From a virus, in IMG/VR virus record IMGVR_UViG_3300045988_041703: a stretch of DNA of 42,182 bases, one strand, 5' to 3'. Positions 1 through 8,369 of the stretch are shown here, piece after piece; position 1 is the first letter of the stretch; each line of letters starts with the position of its first letter. A program made the translations under genes and the position numbers. The notes under the pieces are model-generated. The model saw only the letters and a program-made list of their open reading frames with translations. It did no database searches and was not told the origin of the DNA.

Positions 1-55
1 ACGTCTTAATTGACGTGGTTATTTTTTTACGTGAATGTTTTGTAACAACTACAGT
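1..55. repeat. attL: 55-bp perfect direct repeat identical to 42128-42182 (prophage left boundary)
   Basis: Exact 55-nt identity between window start and end. Contains the palindrome acgtc-ttaatt-gacgt plus a T-run, so it looks like the 3' terminator of a host gene. Confidence 0.7.
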
Positions 56-77
56 CTACCGCGTAACACACCATTCA

Positions 78-1469
78 TCAAAATTTAAACTGTATCTCAT
101 TGATTTTAACTGTGTTGAGAGTCTTATTTTTGTTAAACTCTTTAGGTATAAATTCGAATTTAATTACATCAACACTACTTGTAATTAAATCCTCTTTATC
201 TTCAAGTGTTGCTATTTTAAAACCTTTAATCAATAAGTTTTTAACTGTTCTTATTTGTTCTTCATTTAATTTTTCATCGGTATGTGATTTCGCTTTTTCT
301 TCAATATCTTTTAATAAGTTTTCTGTTTCGTCCATTAACATAAAATATTCTTCGTCTTTGATATATCCTAATGACCAAGACCGTGTATAATTTGCTCTTT
401 GTTCATTTATCTTTACCTTGTTATCTTCAATATCGTAGCTTTTCTTTTTAGGTACACTTATTTTAAAATTATCCGTTCCTTTTTTGAGTAAGGTGTTTAT
501 AAACTGTCTTTCTATTTCACTTTCGTTAAATGATATATTTTTAACTGTGTTGTCCCTATGACATTTGTCACATGAATAACGTCTAACTTCACGAGTTTTA
601 CCGTTATCGTATTTCTTTATAGATCTAGATAGGTGTAATTTGCTTTGGCATCGCGGACATTCCAAAACACCTCTAAATATAGCTTTGTGTTTCGATTTAG
701 TTTTATAAGTACGTTTTTCGATAATATCAATCAGTTTTAAATATTCATCTTCGCTTATAATTGGTTCGTGAGTGTTCTCTATTAATAAGTCTCCAAATTT
801 AGTATGGCCACGCATAACTGGATTTTTTATCCAATTAAGAATCATTTTTCTATTCCATTTCGTTATACCAGGTGGCTTCTTCTTGCTTTCTAACTGCCTA
901 ACAACTTCACTCGCACTCTTACCAATCATTAACTTATCTACCATGAAACGAATATATTTAGCGTGTTGATTAGGTTTTAATTTATCGTCTATTAAATCGT
1001 AACAAAATGGCCGAGCCCTAATATATTTACCACTTCTAATCGCAGCGTGACTACCCATTAAAGAACGCTCTCGTATTGTCTCACGCTCCCACTCTGCCAT
1101 TGCACCAACCATTGTTATAAATAACTTGCCTATAGCGGAATTTGTGTCAAATACCTCAGTTGCGCTTTTAAAAGCTATATTGTTTTTTTCGAAAACTTCT
1201 AACATTTCCAGTAAATCTCTAACATTACGTGTTAATCTATCCAATTTGTATACTAGTACTAAATCGAATTCTTCTAATCTATCAAACAACTTTTGTAATG
1301 ATGGCCTTTTCATTGAACCTCCAGAAACGCCCGGGTCTGAAAATACTTCGTATCGATTCCAGTCGTTAACTTCACAAAATGAAATTAACTTTCTTTTTTG
1401 TTCGTGTATAGAATACCCTTCATTTGCCTGTTCAGCGCTTGAAACTCTAGTGTAAATTGCTACTTTCAT
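78..1469 (-). CDS. int: large serine recombinase (phage integrase)
   Basis: N-terminal resolvase catalytic domain (MKVAIYTRVSSAEQ...GYSIHEQ), recombinase domain, Zn-ribbon CPRCQS...YSCDKC and C-terminal coiled coil. ATG at 1469 is preceded by GAGGAGGG; the track start 1493 is a TTG inside the RBS. Adjacent to attL. Confidence 0.85.
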   Translation of the reverse strand: MKVAIYTRVSSAEQANEGYSIHEQKRKLISFCEVNDWNRYEVFSDPGVSGGSMKRPSLQKLFDRLEEFDLVLVYKLDRLTRNVRDLLEMLEVFEKNNIAFKSATEVFDTNSAIGKLFITMVGAMAEWERETIRERSLMGSHAAIRSGKYIRARPFCYDLIDDKLKPNQHAKYIRFMVDKLMIGKSASEVVRQLESKKKPPGITKWNRKMILNWIKNPVMRGHTKFGDLLIENTHEPIISEDEYLKLIDIIEKRTYKTKSKHKAIFRGVLECPRCQSKLHLSRSIKKYDNGKTREVRRYSCDKCHRDNTVKNISFNESEIERQFINTLLKKGTDNFKISVPKKKSYDIEDNKVKINEQRANYTRSWSLGYIKDEEYFMLMDETENLLKDIEEKAKSHTDEKLNEEQIRTVKNLLIKGFKIATLEDKEDLITSSVDVIKFEFIPKEFNKNKTLNTVKINEIQFKF

Positions 1470-1503
1470 GTGCTCCCTCCTCAAAATTGGCAAAAAATAA
1501 TAA

Positions 1504-1520
1504 GGGTAGGCGGGCTACCC
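1504..1520 (-). terminator. hairpin gggtag-gcggg-ctaccc with T-run on minus strand (1489-1501)
   Basis: Perfect 6-bp inverted repeat. The minus strand continues TTATTATTTTTTG. Lies between the lipoprotein gene and int. Confidence 0.4.
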
Positions 1521-1526
1521 GAAATT

Positions 1527-2030
1527 TTATTGTTGAACAACTATTGCTTCACTTCTTGCTTTTCCTACTTCTTTTCTAAAACTATCATATGATTGATTAG
1601 GGTGTGTTAACGACATTCCTGGACCACCTCCAGCATGTTGGTTTTTGTCCGGATTATTTTCCATTTCTTCAGTGGCTCTTTTAGCATTTAAATATTCTTC
1701 GTAACTAGGTTCGTTTGGGTCGCGTGGTTGTGCTTGTTGTCCATTATTGGTAGCTGGAAGATCCTTCTGTACCTGTTGCTTAGATGTGTTATTGGTTTGT
1801 TGATCGTTGTTAACGTTTGTGTTGTTCTCGTTGTTTACTTGATTATTGTTATCGTTTTGATTAGCATTTTCTTTTTTCGCTTCTGCTTTTTCTTTAGTTT
1901 CTTTCTTTTTATCTTTGTTCTCTTTCTTTGTTTCTGTTTTTTTACTTTCCTCTTTCTTATCGCCGTCGTTACTACCACATGCACCTAACACCAACGTACT
2001 TGCTAATAGTAAACCTAATAATCTTTTCAT
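1527..2030 (-). CDS. prophage lipoprotein (signal peptide + lipobox LGAC, low-complexity K/E/N/Q-rich linker)
   Basis: MKRLLGLLLASTLVLGACGSN is a typical Gram-positive lipoprotein signal with lipobox Cys. RBS AAAGGAGA 8 nt upstream. Located in the lysogeny module next to int. Confidence 0.6.
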   Translation of the reverse strand: MKRLLGLLLASTLVLGACGSNDGDKKEESKKTETKKENKDKKKETKEKAEAKKENANQNDNNNQVNNENNTNVNNDQQTNNTSKQQVQKDLPATNNGQQAQPRDPNEPSYEEYLNAKRATEEMENNPDKNQHAGGGPGMSLTHPNQSYDSFRKEVGKARSEAIVVQQ

Positions 2031-2085
2031 TTTAATTTCTCCTTTGTTTACTTTTTATATTAAAACACCATATAGGCGCTATTAA

Positions 2086-2271
2086 TCACATTTTAGTTCT
2101 ATCGGTAATTTTAGACTCCATAACTCTTTGACGTGACTCTTTAGCTTCTCGAATCATATCTTTAAATCCTTGACTGTCTATAAAAGCTTTGGCTTCTTCT
2201 ATTTGTTCTTGAGTAAGCTCTTTACCACCAGTATTGATGTGTAAGTGTTCAATTTCTTTATAAGTACTCAT
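2086..2271 (-). CDS. hypothetical protein (61 aa), lysogeny module
   Basis: ORF with start overlapping the upstream small ORF (ATGA). Acidic helical protein, no recognisable domain. Confidence 0.4.
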   Translation of the reverse strand: MSTYKEIEHLHINTGGKELTQEQIEEAKAFIDSQGFKDMIREAKESRQRVMESKITDRTKM

Positions 2272-2414
2272 TTTTTCGACTCCTGTTCTTCAAGTTCACT
2301 TTTAGTTATAGGTAAACCATTATTCAACCTATAAGTCAGTTCTTCTTCTGTATAAAAGGGGATTTCAACCATTTCCCACTCTTCAATGTTAATGTCAACT
2401 TCTTTTAAATTCAT
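2268..2414 (-). CDS. small hypothetical protein (48 aa)
   Basis: Not in the ORF track (<60 aa). Strong RBS AGGAGGTAG 7 nt before ATG at 2414. Stop overlaps the start of the 2086-2271 gene (ATGA coupling). Confidence 0.35.
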   Translation of the reverse strand: MNLKEVDINIEEWEMVEIPFYTEEELTYRLNNGLPITKSELEEQESKK

Positions 2415-2425
2415 TTTACTACCTC

Positions 2426-3136
2426 CTATAAAATAACTTTTCCAACTAACCTCACACTTTCATTATCATAAAAATGTAAATCTTTATACTTTTTATTTAA
2501 AGAAACCAACGTTAATCTGTTATCTTCTACATAAACCTTCTTTACGTAAGCATCTCCATTTATAATAAAGACGCCTATTTGTCCATCTTTGATAGTGTGA
2601 GATTTTTCAATGAATATAATTTGTCCATTTTTAAATAACGGCTCCATTGAGTCTCCATTTACTTTTAAAGCTATATCATGTGCGGGGACATAACCTCTTA
2701 CGAATTCTTTTGAAATAGGTTCGTTATATAATCTTTCACCAATACCAGCAGACGCACAACCATATATATCCACTTCGGATTTTTCTTGAATGTAAGAATT
2801 GAAATCTACCAGATTATCATCACTGTCATTATTTTGCTCTTCTAATTGATTAGTCGCATATTTTAGTACATTGCTTTGTCTTGGAGGCGTGAGTTGAGAT
2901 GACACGTTATGAATTTCTTCAATAATTTTCGAATCATCCATATCATGTATTAAATCTAAGGGTTTAACTCCAAAAACGTTAGCTATTTCAGGTAATTTAT
3001 CTAGTTTTGGACTTCTAATTCCCTTTCTCCATCTTGTGACTGTTGTTCTATTTACATCTACTAATTCTGCTAATTCACTATCACTCATATCTCTTTTGTT
3101 CATCAGACGTTCTAGATTCGAAGAAAATGAACTCAT
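2426..3136 (-). CDS. cI: cI-like repressor (XRE HTH N-terminus + S24 LexA-like peptidase C-terminus)
   Basis: HTH at the N-terminus (SDSELAELVDVNRTTVTRWRKG). C-terminus has S24 motifs GDSMEP (Ser) and a downstream Lys. ATG at 3136 is preceded by AAAGGAGA; the track start 3157 lies upstream of the RBS. Confidence 0.8.
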   Translation of the reverse strand: MSSFSSNLERLMNKRDMSDSELAELVDVNRTTVTRWRKGIRSPKLDKLPEIANVFGVKPLDLIHDMDDSKIIEEIHNVSSQLTPPRQSNVLKYATNQLEEQNNDSDDNLVDFNSYIQEKSEVDIYGCASAGIGERLYNEPISKEFVRGYVPAHDIALKVNGDSMEPLFKNGQIIFIEKSHTIKDGQIGVFIINGDAYVKKVYVEDNRLTLVSLNKKYKDLHFYDNESVRLVGKVIL

Positions 3137-3177
3137 ATTTTTATCTCCTTTAAACATATTATCTAACTAATAACTTC

Positions 3178-3311
3178 ATTATATGCCTACAGTTCCAAAA
3201 ATGCAACAAAAACATAAAAATATGTGTAGAGGCAAAAAAATATGTAAAAAGCACTTGCAATTTTGGAACATCAGGTGTAGTATTGTTTTCAGGAGGTGTT
3301 CCAAAAATGCA
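3178..3311. promoter_or_regulatory. cI/cro divergent promoter-operator region with three copies of the operator motif gttccaaaa(a/t)tgca
   Basis: Motif at 3192-3205 (direct), 3256-3269 (inverted) and 3298-3311 (direct). Leftward promoter TTGCAT(3206-3201)-17-TATAAT(3183-3178) on the minus strand for cI. Rightward candidate TTGCAA(3255-3260)-17-TAGTAT(3278-3283) for cro. Operators overlap the spacers. Confidence 0.55.
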
Positions 3312-3546
3312 CAAAGATTTATATAGCTTTAGAAAAGCGGCGAAAAAGAACCAAGACTTTATGGGGAGTTTGATTGGTGTTTCGGGTCAACAATACGGAA
3401 AAAGAGAACGCGGAGAGATTCCTATTAATTTAGATGAAGCGATGATTTTTTCTAAGGCACTCGAAACACCTATACAAGAACTATTTCCAGAATATTTTTT
3501 TATTGAGCGAGTTCCAAAAATGCACAAAAACGAAATAACATCTTAA
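3307..3546 (+). CDS. cro: Cro-like HTH regulator
   Basis: Divergent from cI. HTH-like segment [20 protein letters not shown] 3307 is 11 nt after AGGAGG. The track start 3283 would place the RBS inside the CDS. Confidence 0.55.
   Translation: MHKDLYSFRKAAKKNQDFMGSLIGVSGQQYGKRERGEIPINLDEAMIFSKALETPIQELFPEYFFIERVPKMHKNEITS
3511..3530. promoter_or_regulatory. fourth copy of operator motif (gttccaaaaatgcacaaaaa) at 3' end of cro
   Basis: Exact 14-nt match to the 3192 and 3298 sites, extended to about 20 nt. About 200 bp downstream of the OR cluster. Confidence 0.45.
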
Positions 3547-3558
3547 AAGGAGGACACT

Positions 3559-4002
3559 ATGGAACAAATCACGTTAACCAAAGAAGAGTTGAAAGAAATT
3601 ATAGCGAAAGAAGTTAGAAATGCTATAAAAGGCGAGAAACCAATCAGTTCAGGTGCAATTTTCAGTAAAGTAAGAATCAATAATGACGATTTAGAAGAAA
3701 TCAATAAAAAACTCAATTTCGCAAAAGATTTGTCACTAGGAAGATTGAGGAAGCTTAATCATCCGATTCCACTAAAAAAGTATCAGCATGGCTTCGAATC
3801 AATTCATCAAAAAGCTTATGTACAAGATGTTCATGATCATATTAGAAAATTAACATTATCGATTTTTGGAGTGACGCTTAATTCAGATTTGAGTGAAAGT
3901 GAATACAACCTAGCAGCAAAATTTTACAGAGATATCAAAAATTATTATTTATATATCTATGAAAAGAGAGTTTCAGAATTAACCATCGATGATTTCGAAT
4001 AA
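3559..4002 (+). CDS. hypothetical early protein (147 aa)
   Basis: RBS AAAGGAGGA. No recognisable motif. Confidence 0.5.
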   Translation: MEQITLTKEELKEIIAKEVRNAIKGEKPISSGAIFSKVRINNDDLEEINKKLNFAKDLSLGRLRKLNHPIPLKKYQHGFESIHQKAYVQDVHDHIRKLTLSIFGVTLNSDLSESEYNLAAKFYRDIKNYYLYIYEKRVSELTIDDFE

Positions 4003-4016
4003 AGGAGGAACAACAA

Positions 4017-4160
4017 ATGTTACAAAAATTTAGAATCGCGAAAGAAAAAAGTAAATTAAAACTTAATTTACTAAAACATGCAAACAGTAATTTAGAAACA
4101 AGAAACAACCCTGAACTGTTGCGAGCAGTTGCAGAGTTGCTTAAAGAGATTAATCGATAA
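4017..4160 (+). CDS. small hypothetical protein (47 aa)
   Basis: Not in the track. RBS AAAGGAGGAA 6 nt upstream of ATG 4017. Its 3' end overlaps the convergent gene 4150-4368. Confidence 0.3.
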   Translation: MLQKFRIAKEKSKLKLNLLKHANSNLETRNNPELLRAVAELLKEINR

Positions 4161-4368
4161 ATTCTATGAATTCGATTTTAGCTGAAGCGATAGCTACTAT
4201 TTTGTCTCCAACAAAAGTATATGAGCCATTAGTGAACAAGGAACTTTTAATTTTTTCTTTTGATATTTCAACAGTTCCGCGATGACCTGACTTTATCACT
4301 TTTTCTAAATTATCGATTTCAACAAATTTATCGTTAGAAAGATATAAACAAGCTTTCATACTTATCAC
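4150..4368 (-). CDS. hypothetical protein (72 aa), antisense to the early operon
   Basis: Own RBS AAGGAGGTGA 5 nt before ATG 4368. TATAAT at 4394-4389 (minus). Opposite orientation to flanking early genes. Confidence 0.45.
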   Translation of the reverse strand: MISMKACLYLSNDKFVEIDNLEKVIKSGHRGTVEISKEKIKSSLFTNGSYTFVGDKIVAIASAKIEFIEFID

Positions 4369-4415
4369 CTCCTTAGGTTGATAACAACATTATACACGAA
4401 AGGAGCATAAACATT

Positions 4416-5129
4416 ATGCAAGCATTACAAATATTTAATTTTGAAGAATTACCAGTAAGAACATTAGAGGTTGACGGAGAACCATATTTTATAGGAAAAG
4501 ATGTTGCTGACATTTTAGGATACGCAAACGGACGAGATGCTTTGTCAAAACATGTTGATGCAGAAGATAAGCTGACGTCGCAAATCGCGACGGCAGGTCA
4601 AAACAGAAATGTAACGATCATCAACGAATCAGGATTATACAGTTTAATCTTTTCTAGCAAATTAGAAAATGCGAAGCGGTTTAAACGTTGGGTAACTTCG
4701 GAAGTTTTACCAACATTAAGAAAAACTGGTGCTTACCAAGTACCTAGCGACCCAATGCAAGCATTGAGATTAATGTTTGAAGCTACAGAAGAAACAAAAC
4801 AAGAAATTAAAAACGTAAAAGATGATGTTATTGATTTGAAAGAAAATCAAAAACTGGATGCGGGAGACTACAATTTCTTAACTAGAACTATCAATCAAAG
4901 AGTAGCTCACATACAAAGACTACATGCGATAACAAATCAAAAACAACGTAGCGAATTATTCAGGGATATTAATTCAGAAGTGAAAAAGATGACTGGTGCA
5001 AGTTCAAGAACGAATGTAAGACAAAAACATTTCAATGATGTAATCGAAATGATTGCTAATTGGTTCCCGTCACAAGCTACGTTATACAGAATCAAGCAAA
5101 TTGAAATGAAATTCGAAAACGAATTGTAG
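4416..5129 (+). CDS. ant: phage antirepressor (Bro-N domain N-terminus, KilAC-like C-terminus)
   Basis: N-terminus ...LPVRTLEVDGEPYFIGKDVADILGYANGRDALSKHVD is a typical Bro-N/AntA domain. RBS AAAGGAGC. Confidence 0.7.
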   Translation: MQALQIFNFEELPVRTLEVDGEPYFIGKDVADILGYANGRDALSKHVDAEDKLTSQIATAGQNRNVTIINESGLYSLIFSSKLENAKRFKRWVTSEVLPTLRKTGAYQVPSDPMQALRLMFEATEETKQEIKNVKDDVIDLKENQKLDAGDYNFLTRTINQRVAHIQRLHAITNQKQRSELFRDINSEVKKMTGASSRTNVRQKHFNDVIEMIANWFPSQATLYRIKQIEMKFENEL

Positions 5130-5141
5130 GAGGAACTAAAA

Positions 5142-5234
5142 ATGAGTGAAGAAATGGCGACTTATTGGTTTAACAAAATGTACGAACTCGGAATTATTCA
5201 CGAAGTATTAAGGCAGGAGGGAGTTATCAAATGA
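5142..5234 (+). CDS. small hypothetical protein (30 aa)
   Basis: AGGAGGAA 7 nt before ATG. Its stop overlaps the start of the next small ORF (ATGA). Confidence 0.25.
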   Translation: MSEEMATYWFNKMYELGIIHEVLRQEGVIK

Positions 5235-5392
5235 GTAACATTTATAAAAGCTACCTAGTAGCAATACTATGCTTCACAGTCTTAGCAATTGTGCTTATGC
5301 CATTGCTGTACTTCACTACAGCATGGTCAATCGCGGGATTCGCAAGTATAGCGACATTCATATTTTATAAGGAATACTTTTATGGAGAATAA
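5231..5392 (+). CDS. small membrane protein (53 aa)
   Basis: RBS GGAGGGAG. Hydrophobic segments LVAILCFTVLAIVLMPLLYF and WSIAGFASIATFIF. Followed by a weak hairpin. Confidence 0.3.
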   Translation: MSNIYKSYLVAILCFTVLAIVLMPLLYFTTAWSIAGFASIATFIFYKEYFYGE

Positions 5393-5483
5393 AAAAACTG
5401 CTACTTGCGCCAACAAGTAACAGTATCAAGCACTTAAGAAAAATTTCAAGTTAAATATAAAACGAAAAACGGAGGAAGTCAAG

Positions 5484-5744
5484 ATGTATTACGAAATAGG
5501 CGAAATCATACGCAAAAATATTCATGTTAACGGATTCGATTTTAAGCTATTCATTTTAAAAGGTCATATGGGCATATCAATACAAGTTAAAGATATGAAC
5601 AATGTACCAATTAAACATGCTTATGTCGTAGATGAGAATGACTTAGATATGGCATCAGACTTATTCAACCAAGCAATAGATGAATGGATTGAAGAGAACA
5701 CAGACGAACAGGACAGACTAATTAACTTAGTCATGAAATGGTAG
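5484..5744 (+). CDS. hypothetical protein (86 aa)
   Basis: RBS ACGGAGGAAG. No recognisable motif. Confidence 0.5.
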   Translation: MYYEIGEIIRKNIHVNGFDFKLFILKGHMGISIQVKDMNNVPIKHAYVVDENDLDMASDLFNQAIDEWIEENTDEQDRLINLVMKW

Positions 5745-5753
5745 GAGGTCGCT

Positions 5754-5975
5754 ATGAAGCAGACTGTAACTTACATCATCCGTCATAGGGATATGCCAAT
5801 TTATATAACTAACAAACCAACTGATAATAATTCAGATGTTAGTTACTCCACAAATAGAAATAGAGCTAGGGAATTTAACGGTATGGAAGAAGCGAGTATC
5901 AATATGGATTATCACAAAGCAATCAAGAAAACAGTGACAGAAACTATTGAGTACGAGGAGGTAGAACATGACTGA
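5754..5975 (+). CDS. hypothetical protein (73 aa)
   Basis: RBS TAGGAGG. Coupled to neighbouring genes. Confidence 0.45.
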   Translation: MKQTVTYIIRHRDMPIYITNKPTDNNSDVSYSTNRNRAREFNGMEEASINMDYHKAIKKTVTETIEYEEVEHD

Positions 5976-6591
5976 ACAAACATTATTTGAACAGTTGAAC
6001 AGTAAAAACGTGAATGATCATACAGAACAAAAAAATGGATTAACTTATCTAGCATGGTCATATGCACACCAAGAGCTGAAAAAGATTGACCCAAACTACA
6101 CAGTAAAAGTACACGAGTTTCCACATCCAGATATTAACACAGAAAATTATTTTGTACCTTATTTGGCTACACCAGAAGGCTATTTTGTACAGGTATCTGT
6201 GACTGTGAAAGATAGTACAGAGACTGAGTGGCTTCCAGTATTGGACTTTAGAAATAAATCGCTTGCTAAAGGTAGTGCAACAACTTTCGATATTAACAAA
6301 GCGCAAAAACGATGTTTTGTTAAAGCTTCGGCTTTACACGGTTTAGGCTTATATATCTACAACGGCGAGGAACTACCAAGTGCAAGTGACAACGATATTA
6401 CAGAATTAGAAGAGCGTATCAATCAGTTCGTGAACTTATCTCAAGAAAAAGGGCGAGATGCAACTATCGATAAAACGATGAGATGGCTAAAAATATCTAA
6501 CATTAATAAATTAAGTCAAAAACAAATCGCAGAAGCACACCAAAAATTAGATGCAGGATTAAAACAATTGGATAGTGAGGAGAAACAATAA
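5968..6591 (+). CDS. putative single-strand annealing protein (Rad52/Sak-like, DUF1071-type)
   Basis: Lies immediately upstream of ssb, as in many Gram-positive phages. The [13 protein letters not shown]... segment resembles the Rad52-like Sak family. Assignment from memory only. Confidence 0.4.
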   Translation: MTEQTLFEQLNSKNVNDHTEQKNGLTYLAWSYAHQELKKIDPNYTVKVHEFPHPDINTENYFVPYLATPEGYFVQVSVTVKDSTETEWLPVLDFRNKSLAKGSATTFDINKAQKRCFVKASALHGLGLYIYNGEELPSASDNDITELEERINQFVNLSQEKGRDATIDKTMRWLKISNINKLSQKQIAEAHQKLDAGLKQLDSEEKQ

Positions 6592-7016
6592 TGTTAAATA
6601 GAACAGTATTAGTAGGACGCTTAACAAAAGATCCAGAATATAGAACAACGCCAAATGGTGTGAGTGTTACCACTTTCACTATCGCAGTTAACAGAACATT
6701 TACTAACGCTCAAGGAGAACGTGAGGCAGACTTTATTAACTGTGTAACTTTTAGAAAACAAGCAGAAAATGTAAATAATTATTTATCCAAAGGGTCATTG
6801 GCTGGCGTTGATGGACGTTTACAATCACGCAGTTATGAAAACAAAGACGGGCAACGTGTATTTGTCACAGAAGTAGTAGCGGACAGTGTTCAATTCTTAG
6901 AACCGAAGAATAACAACCAACAACCAAACAACAATTATCATCAACAAAGACAAACTCAAACTGGTAATAATCCTTTTGATAACAACGCAGACTCTATAGA
7001 GGATCTTCCTTTTTAG
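6591..7016 (+). CDS. ssb: single-stranded DNA-binding protein
   Basis: OB-fold N-terminus [25 protein letters not shown]-rich tail and acidic C-terminal DDLPF-type tip (SIEDLPF). Confidence 0.85.
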   Translation: MLNRTVLVGRLTKDPEYRTTPNGVSVTTFTIAVNRTFTNAQGEREADFINCVTFRKQAENVNNYLSKGSLAGVDGRLQSRSYENKDGQRVFVTEVVADSVQFLEPKNNNQQPNNNYHQQRQTQTGNNPFDNNADSIEDLPF

Positions 7017-7026
7017 GAGGCGTTAG

Positions 7027-7578
7027 ATGAACGAATTATGGAAAGATGTTGTAGGTTACGAGGGCATATACGAAGTAAGCAGTAAAGGTAGAGTTAGAAC
7101 TCACAAAAATAAAGTTACTTGGTCTAACCGTTATCAAAAATGGAGGCATTGGAAACAGCGTTATTTAAAAGATAAAACACCTAATGGTCGAGATGTAAGA
7201 GTAACCCTTTGGAAAAATGGTAAACGCAAAGATTTTTTAGTCCACAGATTAGTGGCATTCGCCTTTATACCAATGATAGAAGGTAAAAATTGTATTAACC
7301 ATATTGACGGGAACCCCAAAAATAACAATGTAGAAAATCTTGAATGGTGTAATCACTTGGAAAATAATAGGCATGCATTTGAAACAGGATTAATGCATAC
7401 CAATATGGCTGTAAAACTTATTAATCATTTAGGTATCGAATATGAATTTATAAGTATGAGTAGAGCAGGAAAATTCTTAGGCAGAAGTCATAGTTATATT
7501 AGCGACAAAATAAAAAATAATCACAAAGATGTTACTGATATACATGGTAATAAATATAAATTTGAGAAGTTGATATAA
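7027..7578 (+). CDS. HNH homing endonuclease (NUMOD4 + HNH_3)
   Basis: N-terminal NUMOD4 (LWKDVVGYEGIYEVSSKGRVRT). HNH_3 (HRLVAFAFIP...INHIDGNPKNNNVENLEWCNHLENNRH). Confidence 0.6.
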   Translation: MNELWKDVVGYEGIYEVSSKGRVRTHKNKVTWSNRYQKWRHWKQRYLKDKTPNGRDVRVTLWKNGKRKDFLVHRLVAFAFIPMIEGKNCINHIDGNPKNNNVENLEWCNHLENNRHAFETGLMHTNMAVKLINHLGIEYEFISMSRAGKFLGRSHSYISDKIKNNHKDVTDIHGNKYKFEKLI

Positions 7579-8253
7579 ATGCCGAAAATTACTAGTTATA
7601 TCACTCAAGATGACGGTACAACAACAGTTGTCATCTCGGGTGTTGAATTAGGTAATAAAGAAACATTACTACTTGATAACGGGTTTGATGTGGAAGTCGA
7701 TGTGAGCGTCATAGATCCGTTTCGAATTACCGGCAAGCAACGACGAAAAATATTCGCGCTTGTCAAAGACATAGAAGAATATACAGGTCAACCAATGGAC
7801 TATATGCGACATATGTTCATCGAGTATGTAAGGACTTACTACGGCTATGATGAACGTATTTCACTAAGTAATTGTACGAGAACACAAGCAAGTCAAATCA
7901 TTGAAGCAACGCTTGACTGGACGTTCTACAATGACATACCACTTAGCTACAAAACGAGTAATCTACTGAAACGAGATAAATCATTCTTATACTGGTCAAC
8001 TGTTAACCGCAACTGTGTAATATGCGGAAAGCCTCACGCTGACTTAGCACATTACGAAGCAGTAGGTAGAGGCATGAACAGAAACAAGATGAATCACTAC
8101 GACAAACATGTATTAGCGTTATGTCGCGAACATCACAACGAGCAACATGCAATTGGTGTTAAGTCGTTTGATGATAAATATCACTTGCATGACTCGTGGA
8201 TAAAAGTTGATGAGAGGCTCAATAAAATGTTGAAAGGAGAGAAAGAGAAATGA
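7579..8253 (+). CDS. DUF968-like protein with HNH-type Cys/His cluster
   Basis: CVICGKPHADLAHYEAVGRGMNRNK...CREHHNEQH. Common Staphylococcus phage replication-module protein. Confidence 0.45.
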   Translation: MPKITSYITQDDGTTTVVISGVELGNKETLLLDNGFDVEVDVSVIDPFRITGKQRRKIFALVKDIEEYTGQPMDYMRHMFIEYVRTYYGYDERISLSNCTRTQASQIIEATLDWTFYNDIPLSYKTSNLLKRDKSFLYWSTVNRNCVICGKPHADLAHYEAVGRGMNRNKMNHYDKHVLALCREHHNEQHAIGVKSFDDKYHLHDSWIKVDERLNKMLKGEKEK

Positions 8254-8369
8254 ACAAAATATTAATACGCTTTGCTATTAACTATATAAAATATCAACAA
8301 AAACAATTGCGTGAAAAAGAAGCCCGAATTAAATATCTAGAGGGTTTCTTAAAAGGGAAGGGTTATTGA
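8250..8369 (+). CDS. small basic peptide (39 aa)
   Basis: ATG overlaps the stop of the upstream gene (ATGA). GGAGA 10 nt upstream. Converges on the antisense gene. Confidence 0.25.
   Translation: MNKILIRFAINYIKYQQKQLREKEARIKYLEGFLKGKGY

Noticed and set aside
100-1455. Plus-strand ORFs (96, 65, 109 aa) inside the integrase gene
   Set aside because: Antisense to a strongly supported serine recombinase CDS. AT-rich, Ser/Leu/Phe-rich junk composition. No SD.
1728-1988. 86-aa plus-strand ORF antisense to the lipoprotein gene
   Set aside because: Mirror of the K/E-rich low-complexity linker (gives an F/L/V-rich product). No RBS.
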